Part shown: positions 40,552 through 59,511 of the stretch, piece by piece
Layout of the letters: each line of letters opens with the position of its first letter
Position numbering within the stretch: position 1 is the first letter of the stretch
DNA from: Pelomyxa schiedti
Taxonomy: Eukaryota; Protista; Evosea
Assembly: GCA_020536535.1 (NCBI GenBank)
Contig: JAHLWZ010000123.1
Span: forward strand, 62,001 to 126,000
Length of the DNA stretch: 64,000 nucleotides
Direction: 5' to 3'
The notes under the pieces: generated by a model
What the model was told of the DNA's origin: nothing
The model's input: only the letters and a program-made list of their open reading frames with translations
The model's database searches: none
Position numbers and translations under genes: made by a program

Positions 40552-40789
40552 TTCTCCAAGCCCTTATCCCTCACCCCTCACTGCAATTGCATCACAACCA
40601 ACTTGGAGCCCTAGTGCAACACACGAAATCTTTTGTAGATTGGCCCGCACCTTTGAGGTCGGGGTTCTTTCCCCGCACATCACAGATACGCGCAGGGCAT
40701 TGGTGCCAATCATCACACCCCGAAATACACCGGAAATAAGCAACCAACTTTAATTTTCACCACAAAACCAAAAAAATCAAAGATCCGAG

Positions 40790-42230
40790 ATGGCAGCGCA
40801 CGCCACCGCACCATCCAGTACACCGTCGGCTACCGCAGAACCTAGATCGTGTGCGTGTGCGAGTGTTGGTGGTGCTGGTACGCCGCCCGAGGCCGGTCCG
40901 CTTGACTTGGTCGCTTTGGGGAGCACTTGCGTCGATCAGATCTTCACGCTCGACGACATTATGAGGCTGGAACTTACTGATAGGAGCGGAACGTCTAAAA
41001 AGTATCTCGCCATCGAAGTCAGTACGAAGGTGATTTTTCTTCTTTCTTTCTTTCTTCCTTCCCTCCTTCCCTTTTATTCTCCTTTGTTGTGCAGGGTGGG
41101 GTTCTGAGTTTGGATTACCCTTTTCGCGTGTATTAACTCGCGTTAGTTGAACGTGAGGAATGTGGCCTTCTACCCGGGAGGCTCTGCAGCAAACATTGCT
41201 GTTGACTTATCTTTCATTGGACTTAAAACAGCATTTTTCGGCGGTATTGGTCGTGACCCACCAGGACAATGTGAGTTCTTTTGTTTTCTGCTTTGATGTG
41301 TACTCACGAAACCAAAAAAAAAAAAAAAGCTTGTAAGGGTGATTTCACAAAGAACAATGTGAATATTGAATGTTTGGCAGAATTTTCTACAGCAACTGGT
41401 CTCTCTGTTATTTTGATAACACCATGGGGTAGAGATCGATCCATCATGGCATTCAAAGGTTCCAGTGACTTGTACTCAAAAGACTTCGTGAAGGTTTGTC
41501 CGGCTATACTTTCTAGTTTTTCTCACATACTTTGGATAGCCTGAAGTATTGCTTCGTGCAAAGTGTTTTGTCTGGACTTCCCTCACAAGTGATTCTGGAA
41601 TTGGTGCAATTGAGTATTGTCTTGACTTGTGCAGGGCAAACAACATTATGTGCTGTGGGGCACCCTCTATTTCCATCATTCAAAGACGAAAAGCAGAGGC
41701 AATTAAATTGCTTCAGAAGTCAAAGATAACTTCCCTGAACGAGGAAGAGCTTGAAGCCCTAACAGGTCAAACTGATATCCGCGTTGGAATTGATATCCTA
41801 TTGGGTTGGGGGCTTACCGTAGTTCAAATCACAATGGGGAAGGTAGGCTAAATTCAACCAAAACAAATTTCTGAAATTACAATCCAGCTTGGGGCCTACC
41901 TTGCGCATTGTGCGAGTAACAAACTTGTAAGAACCAAGCCTCCCCCAGTCACAGTCACTGACACAACTGGTGCCGGTGATGCTTCCATGGCCGGGCTCAT
42001 CTACGGACTTCTCAACAACAAAGAGCCACATGTAATTCTGTTTCCCCACCACTCAGTGGTTTCTCCATCTCACCTCCCCCTAGATATGTGCACAGTATGC
42101 AGCAGCCATGTCCGCCATGGAGATAGAAACAGTCGGGTGCCGTAAAGGATTACCCAACTCACTGGCAGAACTGGAAGCTTTCATTGCCTCCCGCCCCATC
42201 GTGCAAGAAATAACTCCCCTCAATCCCTGA
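40790..42230 (+). CDS. PfkB/ribokinase-family carbohydrate kinase
   Basis: LVALGSTCVD, PGGSAANIA, GIGRDPPG, TGLSVIL, LNEEE, ITMGKLG, DTTGAGDA (anion hole). Confidence 0.92.
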
Positions 42231-42403
42231 AGAAAATAGGCTCACCAAGTACAAAGGTGCACGGTCTCATCTTTATCGGCATTTTACCATCTCAGGAAGG
42301 AGACACAAAAAAAGGGAAAAATAAAAACTGATCGTTCGTTGTAGGGACACCACGACAAGGAACAGAAAAAAACAAAAAACCCACACGCCCAAGAGATCGT
42401 CGC

Positions 42404-43938
42404 ATGGGCTGCTGCTTTGGTCGAGGAGGCAGCAAGGAAAAGAAAAAGGACGAAGAGGAGGGCAAAGAAGGGGAAGAGGAAGAACCACTTTTGGTGAGGC
42501 TTGGTGCCACTTGAATGAATTTGTTTTGTTTGGGTTTTATCTTGTTTTGTTTTGTTTGAAGGCATGTGTTGTTGTTGGTCTGTGTGGGGATTGACTGTGT
42601 TAGAATTGTGGTCTGGAGTGCCAGGTGGCGCTAACAATACGAACAGGGGGATGCAAAGCAGAGGAAAGTATCAGGAAAGCACAGCGAAAATGAGATAAAG
42701 AAAGAAAGCACAGAAGCGACCAAGGACCAGCAGGAAGAAAAGGGACATGACAGCCACCATCACCATCATCACGATGAGACTGAGAAGGTCATTGACACAG
42801 AAAAGGGTTCAACTAAGAGCCTCTCAGCGTCAGCATCCGCTTCAGATAAAAAAAGCGGGCTGAAGGCTAGTGGGACCATTGCTGGTGGTGATGCATCCAA
42901 GTCACGTTCTGACCTCAAGGATTCCAAGAAAGCACCAGCGCTCAGGGAATCATCTCATAAGCAGGATGTGGTTACTGTGGAGTATGATGCCCCAGTTCTG
43001 GTGCAAGTTGAAACCCCGGTTGTGTATGAGGCACCTGTTCTGGTTCAGGTTCAGACTCCTGTGAAATTTGAAGTTCCAGTGATGGTGGAAGTTCAAGCTC
43101 CACAGAAGGTGGAATATGCTGTATCAGTAGGAGATGGTGCGAAGGAACATCCAAAACCAGTTGCAGCCGTTGCACCCAAAGTTGAGCAACCGGTCAGATA
43201 CGAGGCTGCTAAGACTACAACCCCTGTGTCCAGTCCCGCGGTAGTACAACCCATAGCGAGGCTTCCTTCGCCTCCACAGACTAGAACCTACTCAACATCA
43301 AAAATCGAAACTTCACCGAAGGCACCCACAGCTCCTCTAAATGTAAGGAGCTATGCACCAGCTACCACTAGACAACCCACAGCAGGTCCTACTGCAGACA
43401 AAACCACACATCTACGAACACAATCAGCATTTGTGAGGCCCACTCAACCTACACAACCTGCTGGACTTGCTCATTCCCGCACTATCTCTGTTAATTCCAA
43501 GGTTTCTGGTTTTGTTTTGAGTAAGTTGTATAACCATGCATAAAAGACATCCAATTTATTATCCTGGGCTCAGTCTAAAACTGCTGGCTACAAAGATGTT
43601 AACATCACGAATTTCACAACGGTTTTACGCAACATTTTTTAAACATGTAACATATCTCCAGAGCTTCAAAGATGGGCTTGCCTTTTGTGCCTTAATCCAT
43701 GCTGACTACCCGGATAAGATCGACTTCGATTCTCTTTCAAAAGATAATGCCGCTTACAATCTCAAGCTTGCGTTTGATGTTGGAGAAAAGATAGGAATAC
43801 CGAAACTCGTATCACTCATCCCCTTTTTCTTTTGTAATTCCTTTGCAGCTAGATGTAGAAGATATAACCGACCTACCAATTCCTGAGAAGCTCAGCATGA
43901 TGACTTACATAATGGGCATGGCCAAAGTTCTGCACTAA
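42404..43938 (+). CDS. N-acylated (MGCC) protein with Val/Pro repeats and a C-terminal type-2 calponin-homology domain (smoothelin/cytospin-like)
   Basis: First exon [11 protein letters not shown]; spliced CH domain [67 protein letters not shown]. Confidence 0.88.
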
Positions 43939-44547
43939 AAAAACCGTTTTTTATTTCCCCAATTTTTACTGTGCTGTTCACCCATAGACATCACCCAGAG
44001 CACTCTTAGGATCAGAGTGCAAAAAAAAGTACATAAATTGTTTACAAAGAACCCATTTTATTTAAAACACGTAGTAACAAAGGGGTGGTGCGCCAATAGA
44101 GTTGAACCGTGAAGAATCTGAAGCCGCAAAATCAAACAGCACAGCCTCTCTGGGAGAAAAGTAAGTGTTGGAATTTCGGTTTACATTTACCTGTTGTTCC
44201 GGCGTTGTGGAGTCTTTGTTTTCATACGTGAAGGAAGGTCCCAAGCACTACAACAGGCACCACAGAAGCAGCAGCCGCAACCCCACCCCCAACAGCACCC
44301 ACAGAAGGCACCACTGATAATTAATGACATAGCTATCTCATAAGAACCACCGCATCACGTTGGCCAGACAAACAACCCTGGCCTACTTCAAAAAAGGAAA
44401 ATTTTTTTTCTATTCTAAACCAAACAACAAAAATTTTTTGATCAAATCCACAGTTGCACTAATAAATTGCTCTTGGCAACAAGCCGCGAGGCACCACAGC
44501 GAATCCATCCCCGCGACGACCGCCATAACCACCACGAGGTCCTCCCA

Positions 44548-51479
<6,932 letters not shown>

Positions 51480-51708
51480 TGACTACAAACCACCACAAGC
51501 CACACACACCAACAAGCAAAACAATCACAACGCAGAACAGCAAATCAAACACCAAGTCTCAGCACTCAACAACCATTCACACTTTCGACCAGCAACACAC
51601 TCACCCCAGTGACACCATTTCCCTGCTGGGTGTTGTCAAAAAAACAACAACCAAAATAAATAAAGATTTTCATCTGCCAATATCCTCACTTTTCCACAGA
51701 ATTATCGT

Positions 51709-53830
51709 ATGAGCGGAGCCAACGCAGTTCAACAAGACGATAACGGTGGGCGTGTTAGCGCACTGGTGTTTGTGGTGTGTCACCTGTGCGAGGTTGGGAG
51801 CGAGGTGGTGACTGCACGAGACATTGTGACCCTCGCCCGTAGCTGCAGATCTATGCACCGGATCTTATTGGGCCCGCCGCCGCTCATCGTCCCGGACTTT
51901 GCCCCGATTTCGAATGCTAACGGAAATGAACTGAGGCGCAGAGGCCGCGAAAAATGCGGCGCCACTTACAGACCGTATCCACTACCAAAGGCAAATGCTT
52001 GGGACGGTTGCGCCAGCAACGGCAGTACAAACTTGGACAATGCAGTGGAACAGCAACTGAGTGGAATTTGTGGTGTTGGAGGTTCCCGTTATGGAACGGG
52101 AGGGACGGACAGCGTTGCGACGCTTGCTGCTTCTGATGGCTTGGGTGTTGCGCTTAGTGGGGGGAGCTCAGTAGAGGAAAGTGTTGAGGAGTGCCATATC
52201 TGGAAAGACTTATGTGACCGAGATTTTGGGTGTGAACTGAATCTATGCCGTGACGTCGAGTCATTTTGATTCACTCCCATTTGTTCTTGGATAGGAATTT
52301 GTTTGCAGGTCCCATATTGAACGTCCAGAGAATAAATCCTGTCAGAGATCACTATTCTGTGGACCACTTTGAAACCGAAGATTTACCTTTACGTGACGCT
52401 CCAAAAAATGACGCAGATTGGTTGGTTGTACTGACTTTCATCGCCGGCATTGTGTGACTCCTTTAGGGCGTATACAAACGTACTAGGAATTTTGTGAGAA
52501 CCCCACAGCGCATTCCCCTGAGATTGTCCACTTTTTCGTCACCACCAGAACACATTCAAGACTTTCCTAACTATGTATTCAATCACCTCACACATTCGGT
52601 TCCAGGTTTCATGTGCTCCCCACCCTCAAATCGTTAATTCACTCAACTTAAGAATACCACTTCGATTCCCTGCCATGGAGTTGGAGTAAAAATCGCTCAG
52701 CCACAGAACATATTGAACTTTCAGAGTACTCTGCTAGTGAGCTGGTTTCAGACACATCTTTATAGAAATCTTTCATAGTTTCTCCTTAGTTTCCGTCTTT
52801 TCAAGCCACTCAACTTCCCGAGGGATGCGGCCTTGGTGAAATTGAGGTACATTCATGAATACCCGTTGTCTAGGTCCTCAATTCACCAGATTAAACACTG
52901 CTTCTACGAGTGCCTTTTTGTTAATGGAAATCCATTGGTACTGGATTACCCTGATTGTGATGGGAGCACTGGGAGATTGTTCATCAATTCTCAGTACACT
53001 ATCTATAACAAGTACTCGATTAATCTGATGGAATGAAGGGCACATACAAAGAAAGTGGCTGAACTGAAAGAGGCATTAAGGAAAATGCAGAAAATGCAAG
53101 CAAGGGGAGCGATTGACCCCGGAATTCCGTTGTTCTCACAGGTTCCCCCCTACCGGTACTAAGGGGCTTGTTTGTTCATAATACCTCCAGGTTTGGCCAA
53201 TCGTAGAGTTGTTCAAGTCAAACACTGAAGTTGGCATCAATTACACACCCCAATTTGTCTGGTGTTCCCTTTGCGCTCCTGATACTGAACATCTCTGGTA
53301 CTACCCATACAAGTATGCACACAGCTTCTATTTTCCCTCAACCAACAAATTATTCCATTTTCTTGCTCAACACCCACAAGCGAACATACAGGGTATGGTG
53401 GGCCTAGCTTGCATTTAACACAGGTAGTTGCGAGCCTTGATGTCCAGTGCGTTAAGAAGTACTGTGATGCAATAATTCAAGGGGCCCGACCATATGTCAT
53501 TCTCTTGACTTCACTGTAACTCTCGAGTTTATTGTAACGTTGAATAAAAAACATTCAAAAGATACTGCCGGGTCACGTCATCTTACTATCTCCTTGATGG
53601 ACACCACAAGTTTGCCGCGTATGATACCATACCACAATTTACTGGTTGTCTGACGCTTACACAGCTATTGCCATCTTAAGATGTACCCTCCCGCTCTCAT
53701 AATTCGGAATGGACACCTCGAAAGGCAACAGCCCCACCACGCCCACGATTCCGCCACCGTGGAATCCATCTTCCCAACGGAAGAAGCCCGCCAACACTTC
53801 CGCGAAAGACTTCGTTTCGCCGACAGCTAA
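51709..53830 (+). CDS. F-box-like N-terminus + unknown middle region + C-terminal ParB/Srx-like (DGHHK) domain
   Basis: DIVTLARSCRSMHRIL...IWKDLCDRDFG...DWLGVYK (F-box-like); spliced C-terminus SLDVQCVKKYCDAIIQGARPYVILL..YYLLDGHHKFAAY. Confidence 0.7.
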
Positions 53831-53867
53831 GAGAAGGAAAAAAAAAAAAAACTGATCGATTCATGTC

Positions 53868-54785
53868 TCAAGAGAAGAATTCTTGAGTGGCATCGTGGAT
53901 TCCACAGTTATCTAGCCAAACGCCACAAATGTGATGAAACAAGTCACCATGCCCAATGATGTACACGCAAGGCGGAGGTGGTGTCCCACAATTGCCACTG
54001 GCAGGCTCGGAAGGGGGCACCAGCGCCAGCTGGTCCCTAACAAGCCTCTTGAGTGCGTGTATCCTGGCCGCCAGTGCCTCCTCAGTCTCAGCGAACCTCG
54101 TCCTCGCAAACTCCTTGCACCAGAAGTACTCGTTCACAGGCTTGAACAGCGGGATCCCGTCGGGGCCCACGTCCTCCGGCCTCAGGCCGACGCTCCCGGC
54201 GCGTGCCGTATCTCCTCCGTCCTTGTCCGAGTCCTGGGGCGGGGTCCACCACCACACCTCGCCGTCGGGCATCAGCGACCAGTCAAAGTCCTCGTGCCCG
54301 TGCCTCACGATGGACGTGGGCCGGCCCACGTCGCAGCTGTCCCGCAGGAACTCGGCCGCCAGCGGGGTCACTATCACCCTGGGCAGGGGCCTGGCCGCGG
54401 GCTTGCCGGCGGTGAGGCACGCCGGCGGCGGGGTGGTCAGGGCAACAGTGGCTGTCTGCAGCGCCCTGGACAGCGGGCTGACAACGACCAGGGCAGGGGG
54501 GTCCACGGCAACGGCGTTGGCCAGTACTTTGGCTTGGTCTATACCACGCGGTGTCAATGCGGCATCAAAGATCATGGGATCAACCCTGTGAGGAGACGTA
54601 AGGCCAACATTGTGTCGTTTTTTTGTTCCCGAGCAAGTGGAGGGAGGACAGGACTAACACTACGGAGTGCGAAAAAAAAACGAACAAAGCACTCACTCTG
54701 GGTTAGCGTTTTTGGCCTGGTTCCAGTAGGACTCCCCATGTCGAACGAGAAAGACACGGCCGCTGCAGTGAGTATCGGCGGACAT
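53868..54785 (-). CDS. Histidine phosphatase / phosphoglycerate-mutase-like protein
   Basis: VFLVRHGESYWN, DAALTPRGIDQA, VVSPLSRALQTA, SCDVG, IIGHG. Confidence 0.9.
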
Positions 54786-54826
54786 ACGCGAAAACGCGAA
54801 ATTGCTATCTCTTACATTTTCGTGTT

Positions 54827-57067
54827 TTAATCCATGCCACAGGTTTTTTTGTTTTTGTGTTTTCTGGCATGGGGTTGGTCTTGTGTTGGGGAGACCAAGT
54901 GTTGATTTGTCAAGCGACGGTAGAGGTACATAATTGGCTTGGAGAGAATACCCCGGAGTAGCGCTAGGGGTCTATCAGAGGCGAAAGTCTTGTCCTTTCG
55001 GTTGTAGAGAGCACTCCATCTTCGGGCAAGGAGTGTGATTGTGGAACCAAAAAACAGTGCAATGACTGTGCCGGTCAGTGTGCACACATTGTAAGGCATG
55101 CCTTGTTGCAGAGTTAGAGGTTTATTCAAAAAGCGGAGTGACATACTGAAATCGGGCAGTGGCAGTGTCACGGATAGCTGCTCGGTGTACAAAGTGGCCG
55201 GAAATGTTGTATACAACGAAATAGAGGGGTGCCATCCATCGTATCTCACATTGGCGTAGCTGTTACCTGCACTCGCAACATGCGCAGATACAACAGTGGA
55301 AGGAAGATCCCAGCCCCTTTTCGTTGATTAGTGGTGTTTTCAAGTGGTGGTTTCACTCAAACCTGTGTGCATCAGGAGGGTGCTTGTCGATGTGAAGAAA
55401 GACTTTTTCAAATTGAATAGAAACAGTCAGCTCTGCCTTCGGGGGTAAGGTGACACCCCATTCAAATATACTGGGTTCTTCGCCATTTCCAAGGCTCATG
55501 TTAAACCAATTGAAAGCTATTTTTCGATGTGAGGAACGAAGTACAAGGAGTATCAGTAACCTCCGTAATCTAACTGTTGGTCATCCAGTTTCAGTGTGAG
55601 AGAGGAAATATAAGGTCTCACGAAAAATGGGAAGATCTGGAGGACATCAATGCTGGATGATTGCATCCCTTCATGGTTTTGCAGATTCAGTACAATTCCT
55701 CCCCTTTCATCACCGTGTCCAGTTAGGTATTGGTGCGCCGTTACTGGAATATTGGACGGAATGCTAAGTGCTGACTGCTTGAGTGGGGTTGTAATAGAAA
55801 GGGTGGACACTGGTGATTCCTTCAAGTTGAACACTTGTGCCTTGTACGGTGGGAAAGGGGTAACAACAGTGGAATGTGGCTTGGGGGTTAGGTTGGCAAC
55901 GTTTGTGTCTGCTTCAACAATTATATTGCTCTTGGAGGATACTGGGCATGCACTGAGTACAGTTCCCTTCGGAATCATTTGGTCAATATTGAATCCTTTT
56001 GCGTGTTTCAGTAGCTATTTGATTTAGGGCAATCTTACCTCCATTACTATCAATAACCACTGTGTATGTGAATAGAAATTGGATGTACGGCTTGTCGTCA
56101 AAGATGAGGTGGTGTACAATTAAGCTCATTGAGTTGTAGTGCATATTAAACAGTGCATACGGAGACAGCATAACACCCAAGCCAACCTGTTAATTTGAGA
56201 ACTCATGGTTACATCTTTTGGATACCTTGCCACGACAAGGTAACAATTTCAAAAGGGGTGTGAGGTTTTCTGTGCAAACTGCTTCTCTTGGAAGAACACC
56301 ATATCTGGCTGGTCTGGGAAGTGCTTCCTTTCCTTCTAAAGTTGGGGCTGAGCGGTGATGCAAACCCACTGGCTTGCACGTCGCGGGCTCGTCCATCAAA
56401 TTGAAGGATCCACAAACAAGACCTGACAAGGCATTCCTTAGTTGCTTCCATTGAGCATCAACATTGATATCTCTGGAAGTGAATTCAACCCACAACTCAG
56501 CACCAAGTGGAGCAGCAACTGGAGGGTACCCCCACTTGTCATAGAGCCACCTGCTCTAAGTGTGCAAAAAGAGAGAAAATTACATTACGCTAATGCGCAC
56601 GGAAACTAAAAACCTGAGTTAGTGACAGACGCATATCATGAACGGAATTCGTCAGCAGTACTCTTGCAAGTGACTTGGGGAATAAATTATAATTCTGTTA
56701 AGAAAAGGGGAGATGTTAGCGAGAAGACATCCTTCTATAACATGGACGCAGACGAAACAAAAAAGAGAAAAAAAAAAAAAAAATGAAAGGGGTAACTAAC
56801 CATTTCTTCCAGTTGTGCCACAGCAGTGGTGACGTTGAACTGCAGATACGCCATGTACGCTTCGACCCTTGGCGACGGCGATGCAGCATCGAAGGGGTTG
56901 GGTGGAACAAGGGGTCTCAAGACCAGCGCCTCCTCGTACCACGACTCACTCGGCCCGACGCCCTCCTCTCCACCACACAGCGACGACCCAACCACCAACA
57001 AGATCGTTGTCATCATGGCCAGCTCGTATTTCCGCCCACGCCACCGCCACGTGAGTCCTGCTCCCAT
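54827..57067 (-). CDS. PIGT: GPI transamidase subunit PIG-T/Gpi16
   Basis: Signal-like N-terminus, EEALVLRPL, YNLFPKSL, APLGAELW, LSGLVCGSFN, LPREAVCTENLTPLLKLLPC, HPPDAHRG, LPLPDFSMPYNV followed by a TM segment. Confidence 0.94.
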
Positions 57068-57219
57068 GCTTTACCAGAGATTGCTTAAAACTACCACCCA
57101 AAACACGGTACCATTACCAGAACGACGGTCAACCCGCAGGGGCGTCTTCCTTTGGGACAAACCTAACACAACAGAACTATTTTTCCCGTGCACGGAAGGG
57201 AACTTGGGTGAAGAAAACC

Positions 57220-59346
57220 TCAGTTAAGTTTGTGGTGTGGCTCTGCTTGTGGTGGTGCCATTGCGGTACCTGTTGGTGGTGGCCTGTAGGAAGAAGCTTC
57301 GGGAGACGGGAAAAAGCTTCTAAAGACAGCCACAATCTGTGGCCAAACTGGTCCTTTTTGGCGGGAGCCCAAATAAAAGTCAAGCAGCTTGTAGAGGATT
57401 TGAGTCAGTGCCAGCACTCCAAACACCACAGTGAGAAACAGCAGCAACATGACTTTGTAACCCTGCTTCTGCAGCTCCTCTGCCATCTCAACTAACTCCT
57501 TTGCCTCCTCGCTGACGGCGAATCCTTTGATCCCCTCCAACCGCTTCTTCTCTGCCTGCACGTCGGCCTCTGTCCGAATGGCTTCGGCCTCTTGCTTCTT
57601 GATTGCTGCACCCACTTTGGCTTGGTCCCTGGCCCTCTCAGCTTCCCGCAGCTGCGAGGTAATAGCCTCCTTCTCCCTACTCGCTTCCGCCCGTATCATG
57701 GCAGCCTCAATTTTCGCCTCCTCGAGTGATTTCCTTGCAGCCGATGTATATTGCAGTGCGTCATCTCTGATCTTGGCAGTACCACGAATATCTGAGAGTT
57801 ATTCTTAGTGCCAAGTGTGGAACAGAATAAAGAGGCAACCTTGAACCACTGCAAAAAACTGAATGTCTCCTTTACCCTTTGACTGCCAATTTGGTTGCGG
57901 GTCGCCAACCACGCGTCATACTTGAATTCTGAGGCCCTTTTCAGGGGTGGGTACCTATGTGACACAAAAGTTGGAGAATGATAACGATAGATTGGGGTGT
58001 AACCCCTGAATATGCTCAAGCAAGTTGATGTTATCCCTGTAAGTGTAGTGTTGAGAAAGGCAAGCAGTTAGGTGGAAGCTCACCAAGGACTCTTTGTATC
58101 CCACGGGTTTATTGGGACAGAGTGTCCTCCAAAAACAGGGATGTCACGCTCCTGACCTGAAACTGCAAAAATACGTACCAATTCCTTGATATTTGGGGTA
58201 TTTGTGAGGGCATGCAATTTGTCCCAAACCTATTATTTGTCACAGTAAGTTTCTGGTTGATTTGATTGTGCACACTTTCTCTTTCATCAGTTCTATTTGT
58301 TTGGGACTGTATGCATCTGCTTTTGCAAGAATTGGTATGACAGTGGCGTATCGCATGGCAATTTCGATGGCTGGGATATCTGAACCGAGTATCCTGATGG
58401 CAATGACGCCAATTAAATGAAGAAAAAGAAACCTGTGGGGAAGCAAAAGATAAAACACAATGTGGAATATCTTTTCTCTCTCCTGTTTCAACCACCGTCC
58501 CAGCAATTGTTGCTCAATGAGTTCATAACTGTAGTATATTGACAAACAAACGAACTGGTGACTTATTACCCGGCCTGTAATGCTACATTGGGGAGTTGTA
58601 AGCCTTCAGTCAACATCCCGGGTATATCCAAAATGTGTAGATGGAGCTTTGTATCATTCTTGAGAGTAATAACTGCAGTATAAGGAGTGGGCTGTTTTGT
58701 CGAGTCCTGAATAGTATCTTGCCGCTTCTTGTCCAGTAGAGCAGTGACATTTTGGCAGCCGACGTTAAATTCCGGGTCGTTGCTACGCTGTGTATCTATG
58801 GAATCTGTGAAGAAAACCAAACGAGTGACAGATCGTGCCTGCTTGGGCATTCCTTAGGAGAAGACTTTGAATTAGAGAAGTCTTTCCCGATCCACTCATC
58901 CCTGTATCAGTGTTTATAGAAGCAGCTAGAAAGTGATGCTACCAATGAACATTATGTTAAGGTTACTCCCAATGTCTTCCTCAGGAGTGAAATTGGTCTC
59001 CAATGGAGACTCATTACGATATACGCGGTTTCTTTCTTGCTCGTCATGCTCCTCTTTTTTTGCCACAGTCTTCGCAATAGGAAGTTAAACGGTTTTAAAT
59101 TGAACACGTTAACCACAAACACAAACAAACCATTGCATCAAGTATCTGCTGCCTTTGGTTTGCGAGCTGCGTATATGAATCCAAATTGGCACAAAGCTTC
59201 GTTTCGATATCATTCAACTCCGTCCGCTGTGAGCGCAAGAGTTCCTTGAATTTCGCGCCCGTTGCTGCTGTTCCTGTAGCGGCGGTGGCGGTTGTGGCGG
59301 CCCCGGTTGTGTTTGCGTTTGCACCCACGGAACTCTCCGTCGCCAT
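57220..59346 (-). CDS. Divergent septin-family GTPase with N- and C-terminal coiled coils and a C-terminal transmembrane segment
   Basis: Spliced: LNIMFIGMSGSGKTSLI (G1), LHLHILDIPG (G3), HIVFYLLLPHR..D..VIPILAKADAY (G4 AKAD), IFAVSG..R.IP..G (septin unique element-like), LKRASEFKYDAW; then an A/E/K/R coiled coil and VMLLLFLTVVFGVLALTQIL. Confidence 0.8.
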
Positions 59347-59511
59347 AGTGGGTGGTCGGTTTGTCCAAACCCAGCACAAAAACCAAGTTTTATGTTTCTT
59401 TTTCGGTGGTTGAGGTTGGATTTCCCAGTACCACGCAAAACTCGCTCGACAGGGTTCATCTCCACATGTGGGAATTGTGTTGAATAGATGCCAAACTTCG
59501 AGGCGCGGCCC

